A model generated the notes under the pieces. It was not told the origin of the DNA. It did not search any database and was given only the letters and a program-made list of their open reading frames with translations. From Zootoca vivipara (lineage: Eukaryota): a stretch of 64,000 nt of DNA. The stretch is from positions 51,956,001 to 52,020,000 of the forward strand of contig NC_083277.1 in NCBI RefSeq assembly GCF_963506605.1, read 5' to 3'. Below are positions 36,701 to 50,200 of the stretch, in pieces (the stretch's first letter is position 1; each line of letters starts with the position of its first letter). Position numbers and translations under genes: made by a program.

Positions 36701-39700
36701 TGAATCCTCAAAGCAGGCTTGCCATTCCTGTAATTTAGCATGTGATTCATTCGAGGTAGCCACCATCCCCTCCAGCTGGGTCTTCATCTGTTGCAGATTC
36801 TTCTGCTCATGCATCAGCAAGAGCCACAGCAGCTCCAAATGGCTCCAGTGGACCATCATTTGGCCAGCAGCTTGTTCTTGCATTGATAAAATATGACCAA
36901 GTCTCCTGGCTTCCAAAGCGAGTTCCCCACATACTACAGGCAAGCGAAGGAGGTGGGCACTGGTCTGGAGCAAAGGGACAAGCTTTTTGGTTTTTGCCTG
37001 TCTAACCTCCCTTTGGAGGATGTACAACTGCTCCTGGAAAGTGGCTCTACGAAGATACAGTTCTCCTTTCTCTTCCTTCACCTGTAGAAGAGAAGGACAT
37101 TAAATTCCACATCCCCCTGCAGTTCTGGAAGGCCTCTATGAACTTTGCAAGTAAAACCACCAGTTTTGTTGGCAAGTATTCTCCTATCCCATGGGACTCT
37201 TTAAAATACTATTGGGAATGACATCATAGTATTTAAACCCATATATCTTGTTAAAAGTAACTCACAAAACTGAGAATAAAGCAGAACACAATACAAATAG
37301 CTTAGGACTAGATTGGTCCAGAGGACCTGTTAAGTTCTGATTTTCTAAGCCTAGATATCCAGTGATTATATAAGCTTTCTTTATGAAGCTTAGCAATCAA
37401 GAGTCCATAAAGTGGGAGGTAAAAATTTACTCAAAACATGGGGCAGCAGCATTCTTTTTGTCCGTGTTTGCAGCATAATTAATACATTATATACAGCTTA
37501 TATACAAATAAGATGTCACTTAAATATGAACATTGCAAGGGGATTTTTGCTGTCACCCCAATCTATTAGTTTTTGACTTCATGGTTGGGAACTAGGGTTG
37601 CCAGACTCAATAGAGGATGGGACTTCTGTGCCTTTAATTGCCCTGCTCTCTTTTGAGTCTGGAAACCTTAAAGAGAAACCAGCAGACCCTTTGTTTAATT
37701 TCCAAGCAAAGGGTCTGCTGGTTTCTCTTTAAGGTTTCCAGACTCAAAAGAGAGCAGGGCAATTAAAGGCACAGAAGTCCTGTCCTCTATTGAGTCTGGC
37801 AACCCTATTGGGAAGATGTTGGATATACATTCCAGACTTTAAGTGAAAAACTGCATGTTGCTTTTACTTTTCTCTCCTGCCCTGCCCCACTTTCTAATGT
37901 TTCTCTTATTTTCATTCACCCCCAGCAAGGGATTCCTTTGTTGCTCTAGAGAAACTGCTTTCACCACCACCACCACCACCAGTCATTCATTTCCTCCTCT
38001 CCAGAAGCATGTCACTTATCCCAAACCTGCCAGTTTCAGCCTTCATGAATGCCCTCTACATCCACAAAATTTTAATGTACAGGGGTTGGCTCCTGATGGA
38101 GGGATACAGTCAGAGGTGGACAAAATCAGACACCAGCTCTGATGAATGCAGAGCCAAGCAGGGGCTTGTGTGACAAAGAGAGTACTTGTTGCTGAGCTTT
38201 ATAGCATTCACTACAGGTGAAAAAAAGATGTCAGTCTAGTGGTTCAAACCCATTCACCAAGTGCAACAGATGAATTAGTCTCACTCTTTTATTATTTGTA
38301 TATCTCAACACATTTCTGTCTTGCAGAGACTTTTGTATTACAAGTGCTTACTGTCATTTACTAAACCTTGTTTATTTAAGCCAGGCAGCTAGTGACCTAC
38401 CTTGTTCTCCTTAGCAGCCTTGAGGGCCTTCCCTGCCCATTTCAAGGTAGATGAAATTCCTTTAATGTTTGCAGAGGTCACGAGTGCCTTTTCCTGACTG
38501 CACATGTAAGCCAATGCCATGCGCTCCAGTTCTTCCTGATAGCTGCTCAGGTTGTCATCTTTGGGATGCTCCATTTCATCAGCTTCTCCCCGCAGCTTCA
38601 ACCCTCCTTGACAACCATCCTGAACGGTTCTGAAGTTCTCACTTTCCATTCGGTCTGTTTCTTGTGGCAGAGCTTTACAAGTAAACTCTGGCTCGTTCTT
38701 ATTGGCCAGCTGCCCCTTGGAGAGAACTTGGCTTTTCAGTGTGCCATATGTCATTATGTGACCTTCAGAATCATTATTGCAGATTGTACTCTTACTATCT
38801 AGCAGCACTTTCTGAGCTTGCCGTTCCATAGACCCTGTATTCAGTTTTTCCCAAGAGTCTCCCTGCCCCCTTTTCACCAGAACTGTTTGATCAGCTTCCA
38901 CATCGCTGACAACATCTGGCAAGACCTTTGGTGAGAATCCCAATAAAGCCTTTGTGACTTTTTCTTCCAATTCGAGGCAATGTTCCAGGTCCGCTGCTGC
39001 CATTGAGGCTTCCTGCCGCTTGCTTGCCGGCTTCCTGTGCCACTGCATCAGCTCCTTCACTTTCTTACAGGCTTGGCTGAGAGCATCATTGCTCTGAAAG
39101 TTCTCTGGCTCTAGCCGCAGGTGTGCCTTCTTCAGCTCCCGGCTTGCTTTCTCTTTCTTCTCAGCTGAATGACAGAGCTCCCGCTTCAAGCTGGCTAGAT
39201 AAATTTGGAGCTTGGTGCGCTGCTTTACCCGACAGGCGCATTGGCTCTTCAGGGTCTGCACCTCTTGTTCAAGTGTCTCGAGAGGCAGGGTGTCATTCTC
39301 CTGTATAGCACACCTGAGCTGAGAGGCTTGGCGGCAGGTCTTTAACACCTGTTCCAGTGCTTCACCTTCCAGAACAGGCTTCCCAGAAATGACCAGTTTC
39401 TCATAGGCCTCCAGTTCTGTAGAACTGGATACATTCTCCTCCCCCACTATGTTGCAGAAAGACTCGAGAAACTGTTCTGTCTCAGGACAATCAAAGAGCC
39501 AGTCAAAGTCTTTCTCCTGAAGACCATCTGCCTTCGGATAAACAAATTTCAGGGTCTCCACAAACTCACTTCCTCTGTTAACTGTATCCAGGAGGAAAGC
39601 TCTGGAGCGTCTACGTGAGAGCATGTTCTGGTTCTTCTAACCCTGGAGGGAGCAGATGCAACTTGCTTATTAAAATGCAGGGAGGTCTCCCTTGTGCCCA

Positions 39701-41244
39701 CCTATGCTATAATTGCACAAGCAAGACCTTTAATAGAGGTGTGCACCAACCATAAGATTTTGACTTGTATCTTCAGCTTTGGGAAGCAGTCCAGTCTTTT
39801 TTTGGAGTCACTCCATCTTTCCAGCTTGACTCATTTTGTGGGGGGATCAAATTCATTCTACTAATAACAAAGCTCTGCTTTTCCTACCGGTACATTCAGT
39901 AATGGAAAATCTAAACATGGCTACAATTTTTTCTCCTTTCACAGAATTTGATGAAATTTGCAGATATAGGAGCCCTACTAGGGTTGATTAAGTCTGCCAA
40001 ATTGTATGCAGATCCATTGGGGGGGGTTATACAAAGAGCATATTACCCAGCAAAGAACCCAGGCAAGTAGACAGTCTTCTCCTCCCAACTCAGAGAGGGA
40101 TAGTTGGGGATACAGAATATTCCCCCTGGGAAAGAATGCAGCACTCATTTTGAAAAGCAGCGTGGGGGGCACTCAGTTCTACAGAGGAACTTGGGACTTT
40201 AGAGAGTCTCCAGTCAGTCTGATTCACTCATGTGAAAGCCTTACCCAAATCACCCCTATTTGCTTCATTAATCTGGGAAGTACACAGAGCTGATGCACAC
40301 CCCTAGTATTGGTTATCTGAATTCCACACCTTGAGAATTTTAGTGTTAACTTTCTTCATGCATTTGGGTGTTAAAATAGCTTTTATCTTGGAAGCATGCA
40401 GATAATAATTGGTTAAATCTTATAAAGGAGGATCAAGCAGGATTGCTCATGGTCAGGGAAAAGTTTCAGGGCCCTACATAAATACTTGTTCTGCCCTTTG
40501 GATACTATTCCCCAGCTTCTTCACACAGAGACCATGACCACCCTGGAGCAATCCTGTGAGCCAAATGATTCACTTTGCATTTTTATTTGCAACACCATCA
40601 TTGCAGGATGTTGGACCAGATGACCCTCGGGGTCCTTTCCAACTCAGCAATTCTGTGAGCAAACCCCACTGGTGCAGTAGCAAAACAACAATGCATGTAG
40701 TCTTTTTTTAGCCACTCTTTGTAACTTACCTCTGTAACCCTGGGAGCAAACTGTAGCCTGGAGTTCTCTTATACCTATTTCTGCAGAAACCAGTAGGGGA
40801 AACTTTTCACAGCACAAAGATCAAGTATTAGCGCCTGCTAATTGTCCTGGTTGCAAACTGCTGTGTTAAAGCTATATCGGAAGCCAATTGACAAATTGGT
40901 AAGATTAGTTTCTATCCAGTAACTGTACTCCTATATCCAACATCTGCCTTTTGTATTGATCATCACTGCCGTCCTGTCTGTACAATTTCTGCTCATGAGT
41001 GGCAGTGCAATGAAAGCCAATCAGTTCTAGTATGCTCAGTATTTTCCCAGTGCTACATAATAGGGGAGCTCATCCCATTGCATTCCAAAAAGACATTCTT
41101 GAGATTCTTCTCCTTGCATGCATACCTACCTAGCCATCTGATGGCAAACATTGGGACACTTCAGCCATTATTTGCATCAGGTGGTTTTATCCATAATTGA
41201 ATGTGCACTTACCTGAAAGTAAATTTAGTGGAGCTTCCAAGTGT

Positions 41245-41286
<42 letters not shown>

Positions 41287-44200
41287 ACACAGAGGTAGGA
41301 TGACAATAATCTAAACCGGGGAAAGCACAAATGTTCTTTTCTCACTCAGTGTGGTTCTGACATTGAATGACAACTTGCAAACATGAAACCATCTTCAAAG
41401 ATCCGACAACAGGGACAGTTTTCATATAATGCCAAGCACAGTATTGTTCACTCATAAAGCTTTGAGTGACTAAGGCTCACTGTCCTAACCTCGATTACCT
41501 GGGAGTAAGCCGCATGGAATTCAACAGGGTTTACTTTTGAGTAGACATGGTTAAGATTGTGCCATAAATTAGGCAACACTAAGTAATCTAGACCAGATGT
41601 GAGAAACCATTGGCCATGCTTGCTGGGGTTGATGGGAGCTTTAGTTCAGCAGCATCTGAACAGCCAAAGGTTCCTCATACTTGAGCTGAACAAAGAAGGT
41701 CAGGGCCCTGCATCCTTAATGGATATGCAGAAGAGAGAATTTGAAAGGGTGGCCTGCTGAAAAAGAAGACTGAGCCCCTTTAATAGTTATGTAGAAGGAG
41801 GACTTTCAGCTGGTGTTGCTTATATTATGTGCTGCAGCTGCTAACATCCCTCTTCTACATAGCTATTAAAGGTTTGGGAGCTTTGTCTTTTTCAACTGGC
41901 CACCCTAGGATTTGAACATTTACTGCAGTTCATGTCCTGAAATTCTCTTTTCTACATGATGAAAGGTTTATGAACCCAGTCTTCCTTTTGCCTCATGCCA
42001 CTAGGCACGTGTAAATCAAACATAGCTGCCAAGTTTTCCCTTTTCTCGCGAGGAAGCCTATTCAGCATAATGGAATATCCCTTTAAAAAAGGGATAACTT
42101 GGCAGCTATGAAATCAAACCTAAGGAGGTGGTGTTTCAAAACCTGAAGAAGCAGCCATTTTCAGGGCAGCTATCATCTCTCCTCCCAAGAAATAAGAACC
42201 ACACCTTCAAAACTACTGCATTTAAACATGCCACTGGGTAGTATTCAGCAAGCCCATCCTGTGCTTGTGCGGTGGAACTTGTCCCCTTCTTCCCCCTCCC
42301 CCTTGCACACACTCCATGCCCCTTCCAATTCTGCTTCATGGGGTTGGGAAACCCCTAGAATAGATTTAAGGGGTGCATGGCAAGGAGGAGGAAAAATTCC
42401 ATTCCACAAGCAAAAATCCTTAAGCTGACAGAATGTTCAGTCAGTGGTACTTTGGATTCTATCCTTTCCACTAGTCTCAAAAAAATAAAATCTCTTGTCC
42501 AATTTTTCATCTACCTGCAATTTGCAGACTACTGGGGTATGCTGTGTACTCTTGGTATCTCAGTTTTCTCTCCTGCAAATCTTCTCACCTCTTCAACTGT
42601 ACCTGCCAAAATCACTGACCACCTCCTCCCTACCAAATTCAAAGGTCTCTAGTCCTCACTCCCCTTGACCTCTATTCTCCCTTTCAAATTGATCACTCTC
42701 TCTTGCTTGGCTCCCCTTTTGCCCTAAGTTTCCATGATTCTGCCCTCAATGAGTTCTTTTCCTACATGCCTAATTGCTCTTTCAGCATTTTCATACAAGA
42801 AAGCTATTCTCCTACTTTCCTTCCTGTGTTGTGGTTCCTATTCTTGCCTTTCTGCTGTTCTTCCCCTACACACATTGTAGAGTGGCTTTAAGTACCACCT
42901 AGGTATATGATGCTAATGCCCAGTTCTGCCTCGCTATCCTAAAATTTCCCCCTTTCATCTGATGTCATATGTACAAGTACTTCACTGGTTATTTCTTTTT
43001 GGTAGTTCCGCTGTTGTCTCAAACTCATTACATCCAAGACCAAACTTCTCATTGTTTGTTCCAACCCCTTCACACTATCAGTATTCATTGATAACACCAC
43101 CATCTACCCTGTTGAAAAGGTACACTGTCCTCTCCCTCTTTCCTTTGGCCCTTTTTTTTCTGACATCTTGGCAAAGGTGATTCAGTCCCTGGTCATCTTG
43201 CATCTTAATCACTGCAATCTTCTCTCAGCATCGTTGCCTCATTTTTGTTCCCCTGACCTCAGTCCAGCACTTGGTTGTCAAAAAACATTCAACTCTCTTA
43301 TAATGCTGGCCATATGATACACTTTCTTAAGTTCCTAGACTGCCTGACTGTTCCCAGATCTAGCACAGACTTCTTACCTGTTCAGTTATCCGCATGGTCC
43401 CTTGTTGTTGTTTAGTCGTTTAGTCGTATCCGACTCTTCATGACCCCATGGACCATAGCACGCCAGGCACTCCTGTCTTCTTCTGCCTCCCGCAGTTTGG
43501 TCAAACTCATGTTGGTAGCTTTGAGAACACTGTCCAACCATCTTGTCCTCTGTTGTCCCCTTCTCCTTGTGCCCTCAATCTTTCCCAGCATCAGGGTATT
43601 TTCCTGGGAGTCTTCTCTTCTCTTCTCATGAGGTGGTCAAAGTCTTGGAGCCTCAGCTTCAGGATCTGTCCTTCCAGGGAGCACTCAGGGCTGATTTTCT
43701 TAAGAATGGATAGGTTTGATCTTCTTGCAGTCCATGGGGCTCTCAAGAGTCTCCTCCAGCACCATAATTCAAAAGCATCAATTCTTCGGCGATCAGCCTT
43801 CTTTATGGTCCAGCTCTCACTTCCATACATCACTACTGGGAAAACCATAGCTTTAACTATACGGACCTTTGTAGGCAAGGTGATGTCTCTGCTTTTTAAG
43901 ATGTCTAGGTTTGTCATTGCTTTTCTCCCAAGAAGCAGGCGCCTTTTAATTTCGTGACTGCATGGTCCCTTACCCCTCTTCATTCTTATAGCCTGATGCA
44001 TTCCTGCCTGTGATCTTCACTTGTCCCTCTCTGCCACCCTCTGCTGCCCAAAGGTCTTTTGCTCTTTGCAGCCTCCCAGAATGTCCCCATGATGCCATCC
44101 TATCTTCAAACCCCTCCTACTTTTCCACGAAGCCTTTAGCAGAACCCCGCTAGTCCTCATGCCATTGTAACTAAGCTTAAATACATGTCACTGAAGTAAT

Positions 44201-47200
44201 ATTGTATTCTTGCCCGTTTTACCCCTTCCTTTGTTGTCTTCCTTGAGTCAGTTTGTAGACAGTAAGCCCCTTGCGGGGAGGGACCTATCCTTTCTTTGTT
44301 TGTAAAGTGCTGTGTACATGGATGGCGTTATATCAACAATGGCAATGATCAGAGGAAGGGCACTCTGCTTTATGAATGGTGGTGCTCTTTTAAAGACCCT
44401 ATTCTAATTTTGATTTATTTCATGCCTCAGGACTGAAGTCCAGGATAGTTAGGAATGCCCTTCAGCAGGTGTGACATTATACTGAATGACTGATCCACTT
44501 CTTTCCCCCTGTTTCCAACTAGGTGCGAGCGATGCAGCGTCCTCCACTTGGGGTAAAGATGGTGATTGAAGCTGTCTGCATTATGAAGGGTATCAAGCCC
44601 AAGAAAGTGGCAGGAGAGAAACTAGGTTCCAAGGTAGATGACTATTGGGAACCTGGCAAAGTCCTCCTTCAGGACCCAGGGAAATTCCTTGAAGGCTTGT
44701 TTAAATATGATAAGGTAAGTACCATAGTAGTTAGTCAGGCAGGCAGGCAGTCATCCTCTCTCTTCCATGCTCCTCCCATCCAACTGACCAGAATAAAACG
44801 TCCTTGGCTTCTCCTGTGCTTTTAGTAACAGCTTGATCTAGAAGCAACAGCAGGTGAAGCGCTTCCTGGCATGGGAATAAACTTTTCGTCTGCTAAAGTC
44901 TACAGAGGGAGTTGTTATTAAAAGCTCAGAAGCAAGGGCTAGTAAAAAAAAGAAAAAGGGCAAGCCTAAGTACCGTACTAGTGTAGTTGGCATAATTGTG
45001 GGACTTAAGCTTGCCATCTAGTCAATCAAATGCTTTTCTCTCATAGCTTTTTTGGTTCGTGCTAGTAAAGCTCAATTTATTTAGTTAATGGGCATATATT
45101 TCAGAGAAATACTACATCCAATATGCTACATCTCTGGGTAGGGATTTCTAAGATGCCCCTTTTTCCTCCCCTCACAACCTCCCCATATCTGATGTATTTG
45201 GCAGGGAGGGAGGGAGGGAGGAGGCACCTACCATTTCCCCCTTAATTTTCTTTTGGCTCAAGCCTGGATATGAGCTTCAAGGTCTCACCATGTGCGTTTC
45301 AGAGAAGCAGCCATCCTTGCAAATCCTTAGATTCTTCTTTGGAGTAGATTAAAATCCAAGGGAGACAAGAACTCCTGGTTTAATATCCTCCCGCCCATGC
45401 CACAAATCCCAAAAACACAGCCAGGAGAAATTCGACAAGGGCCTTTCCTGGCAAGGAAGCATTTGGTGACAGTGAAATCTTTCAAAGCAGTTGTCTCCAT
45501 TGACGCCCATCAGGGCTGCTTTGAAAAAATGCACCTGAAAAATGATTTTGTGTAAGGGCAAGATGGAAATGCCACTACTCACAGGGGATCCTGCTGCTCC
45601 AATAGTCTCCTGCCCCTAAGATTAATTTTCACAGGTATAGCTCCTGTTGGAGACCAACCACCCCACATTTCTTAGGAGGTGCATCCCCTTTATAGTACCT
45701 TATTCCATTAAATGTTGTAATTAAACTACAATTCAGTTAAACAGAGGGGTTGAAAGAAGCCCCACACAGTGAAACTGCTGATGGGAATAAACACATTATA
45801 TCTGCAGAGAATCCTTCAGGCTAAAGGGTCTTACAATCTGGGTGGCTTCCAACAAAATATTAAAATACAATAGTCTGTTAAACATTAAAAGCTTCCCTAA
45901 ACAGGGCTGCCCTTAGGCAGGGGAGAGTTCTCTTAGCCATACAAAGCTGTCATTTGACAGCCAAGGATCTGGGAGGTGTGCAAGCAATGCCTGGCTGTCA
46001 AATGGGGAAAGAGGGTCAAGTTCATTCCACATCCCAATTTTGGGAGGAAATGGCTCGATTTATTCCCAAGTTAAGGTTGTGTAAAACATGGATCATGCAT
46101 CTATCTGTAGTCACAGGCTGGCTATGAAGCAAATGTCAGTGATGATGTTCCCCATTAAGGGATGTGATGAGAGGAATACTTGGCTGTCCTTTTGACCGTG
46201 ATTAGTCACTGGACACTCCTTGGCCTACTCACCTTTTGATTCTTGGCCTGAACCAGCAGATGAAAATAAATGGTTTCCTTTCCCTCCACTTTTTGGGGAG
46301 GTAATGATAGCCTGTACTGCCCACATTGCCTTGCAGTAATAAAAGCCATCTTGAAAGAATGAACAAGCAATGCCCTAAGCTTGGCTTGAAGCTCAAAACA
46401 GAGAAGGGAGTGCACAATTGGGAGTTTATGCTTTTCCTGCCGCACTGATGAATTTTTGCCATGGGATTTGGTTCTGCCGCACAGCTGACTCCCCTGATGT
46501 CTCAGACCTTGATGCTCCCAGCACTCATAATCTCTTCTTTAACCCTTTCAGGACAACATTGCAGATTCAGTAATTAAGTTAATCCAGCCATATATCGACA
46601 GTGAAGAATTTCAGCCAGCAGCCATAGCCAAAGTGTCCAAAGCCTGCACATCTATCTGCCAGTGGGTCAGGGCCATGCATAAGTATCACTTCGTGGCAAA
46701 AGCTGTGGAGCCAAAACGAGTAAGAACTACAGCAGTGCTTCTTCAAAGTTATTGCATGTACACCTAAAACTCAATGGAGCCTCTTCCCGCCCCCATTGCT
46801 GCTAACCACAGTTATTTTCCTTGGAATTATGGCAGAACTTGAGATCCACAAATATTTCTCTCTCTCCACAGCAAGCCTTGAGGGAGGCTGAAGAAGATCT
46901 CCAGGCCACACAGAAGATTCTGGATGAGGCCAAGGAGCGTCTTCGAGAAGTGGAAGATGGCATTGCCAACCTGCAGGCCAAATACCAAGGTACTCTGGCC
47001 ACAAAAGAGGAACTCGAGATGAAGTGTGATCAGTGTGAGCAGAGACTGGGTCGGGCTGACAAGGTAAGGGCCACGGGCACAACTGTGGATTCTCCTCCCC
47101 CATTCCTTTCACCAGGCCTCACCTACCACTTGTTGGGGCAAGATAGAAGACAGGGAGCAGAGGCTGAAGGAAATAACTGGGGGCGAAGAAACAGCTTTCT

Positions 47201-50200
47201 TTTGTTTCACATCAGCAGAGCTGTTAAAAAGACAGACACATTCTCCAGAAACTCTGGGAGGAAATACTAGTAAAACCACCAATTTCTTCTGAAAATTAAT
47301 TCTGCCCAAGTAAGTTAGCCAAATCCTCATAGATAGTAATTTTGTGGCCTGAATTACAGCAGGGAGTCAAACCTGCCTTTTCATTTCCTATAAATCAGTT
47401 GGGCTTAGGTGGGCAGTCCCAGTCACTGTTTTCCTGTGGCATTTTCTGCTGGGGTTTGGTGGAGCTTCTTTGAGGAAGAAACTAATGTCAATCTTTCTTT
47501 TCTCCAGTTGATTAATGGCCTGGCTGATGAAAGGATACGCTGGCAGGAAACAGTCCAGAACCTGGATTATATGATTAACAACATTGCAGGGGATGTGTTG
47601 GCTTCAGCTGGCTTTATAGCATACATGGGCCCTTTTACAGTGAGTAGGAAAAATATTTTATTTTCCGGAATACCTGAGCAGTGTCTTGATTTAGTTCTGG
47701 TTCAGAATAAGTTCCCCAAGAGAAAAATCTGTTTCTGGGTCAAATTCCTGCTGCATCCCACATTATAGCTAAACATTATAGCTTGGCCTATCACTCAACA
47801 TCCAAAAAACCAAAGTGCTGCACCAACAAGTACAAAATAACCCCTCTGCAGCGCCACAAATCCAACTCAATGGTGTAACGTTGGAAAATGTCAATCACTT
47901 CTCCTACCTACGTAGGCAGTTATCTTTCCACAAGGGCCAACACTGATGCCGAAATCCAGCATCGCCTGAGCTCTGCGAGTGTGGCTTCCTCCCGATTGAA
48001 GTGCAGAGTGTTTGAGGACCAGGACATTCCCAGAGAAACCAAAATGCTTGTTTACAAAGCTATTGTACTACCAACCTTACTGTATGCTTGTGAAACATGG
48101 ACCACTTATGAATGCCATCTCCAACTCCTCGAAAGATTCCATCAACGGTGTCTCTGAAAAATTCTACACATCACTTGGGAAGACATGCAAACTAATATCA
48201 GTGTACTGGAAGAAGCAAAGATCACCAGTGTTGAAACAATGATTCTTCAACATCAACTTGGTTGGACTGGTCATGTTGTGCGGATGCCTGATGATCGTCT
48301 TCCAAAGCAACTACTCTATTCTGAACTTAAAAATGGAAAGCGTAATGCTGGTGGTCAACAAAAGAGGTTTAAAGACTGCCTCAAGGCAAATCTTAAAAAA
48401 TGATGTTGTTGTTTAGTCGTTTAGTCGTGTCCGACTTTTCGTGACCCCATGGACCATAGCACGCCAGGCACTCCTGTCTTCCACTGCCTCCCGCAGTTTG
48501 GTCAAACTCATGTTCGTAGCTTCGAGAACACTGTCCAACCATCTCATCCTCTGTCGTCCCCTTCTCCTAGTGCCCTCAATCTTTCCCAACATCAGGGTCT
48601 TTTCCAGGGAGGCTTCTCTTCTCATGAGGTGGCCAAAGTATTGGAGAGAAAAAAATCCCCTTCATGGATCAATGCCTTGTTGTGGTGAAGGGGCTTGAAT
48701 AACTCAGAGAAGCTATGAGCTATGCCATGCAGGGCCACCCAAGATGGACAGGTCATAGTGGACAGTTTTGACTAAACGTGATCCATCTGGAGAAGGAACT
48801 GGCAAGCCACTCCAGTATCCCTGCCAAGAAAACTCCATGGACAAAGACAAAAAATAAATAAATGTAGTACTGTATACTGGCAAGTTTGGCCTTGGAGTTC
48901 AAAATGAAGCAGGGCAAAGGCTAATAGAGTTCTGTCAAGAGAACAAGCTGGTCATCACAAACACTCTATTCCAACAACACAAGAGACGACTCTACACATG
49001 GATATCACCAAATGGACAGCATCGAAATCAGATTGATTATATTCTCTGCAGCCAAAGATGGAGAAGCTCTATACAGTCAGCAAAAACAAGACCTGGAGCT
49101 GACTGTAACTCAGATCATCAGCTTCTTATAGCAAAATTCCAGCTTAAACTGAAGAAAGTAGGAAAAACCACTGGGCCAGTAAGATACAATCTGAATCAAA
49201 TCCCTTATGAATACACAGTGGAAGTGAGGAACAGGTTTAAGGATTTAGATTTGGTGGACAGAGTGCCTGAAGAACTATGGATGGAGGCTCGTAACATTAT
49301 ACAGGAGGCAGCAATGAAAACCATCCCAAGGAAAAGGAAATGCAAGAAAGCAAAATGGCTGTCCAACGAGGCCTTACAAACAGCGGAGGAGAGGAGGCAA
49401 GCAAAATGCAAGGGAGATAGGGAAAGATACAGGAAACTGAATGCAGATTTCAAAAAAACAGCAAGGAGAGACAAGAGGGTCTTCTTAAATGAGCAATGCA
49501 AAGAAATAGAGGAAAACAATAGAATGGGGAAAACCAGAGATCTGTTCAAGAAAATTGGAAATATGAAAGGAACATTTCGTACAAAGATTACCATAATCAA
49601 GGACAAAAGTGGTAAGGACCTAACAGAAGCAGAAGACATCAAGAAGAGGTGGCAAGAATACACAGAGGAATTATACCAGAAAGATATGGAGGTCTCGTAC
49701 ACCTCAGGTAGTGTGGTTGCTGGCCTTGAGCCAGACATCTTGGAGAGTGAAGTCAAATGGGCCTTAGAAAGCATTGCTAATAACAAGGCCAGTGGAAGTG
49801 ATGATATTCCAGCTGAACTGTTTAAAATTTTAAAAGATGATGCTGTTAAGGTGCTACACCCAATATGCCAGCAAGTTTGGAAAACTCAGCAATGGCCAGA
49901 GGATTGGAGAAGATCAGTCTACATCCCGATTCCAAAGAAGGGCAGTGCCAAAGAATGCTCCAACTACCGCACAATTGCGCTCATTTCACACGCTAGCAAG
50001 GTTATGCTTAAAATTCTACAAGGCAGGCTTAGGCAGTATGTGGACCGAGAACTCCCAGAAGTGCAAGCTGGATTTCGAAGGGGCAGAGGAACCAGAGACC
50101 AAATAGCAAACATGCGCTGGATTATGGAGAAAGCTAGAGAGTTCCAGAAAAACGTCTACTTCTGCTTCATTGACTATGCAAAAGCCTTTGACTGTGTCGA

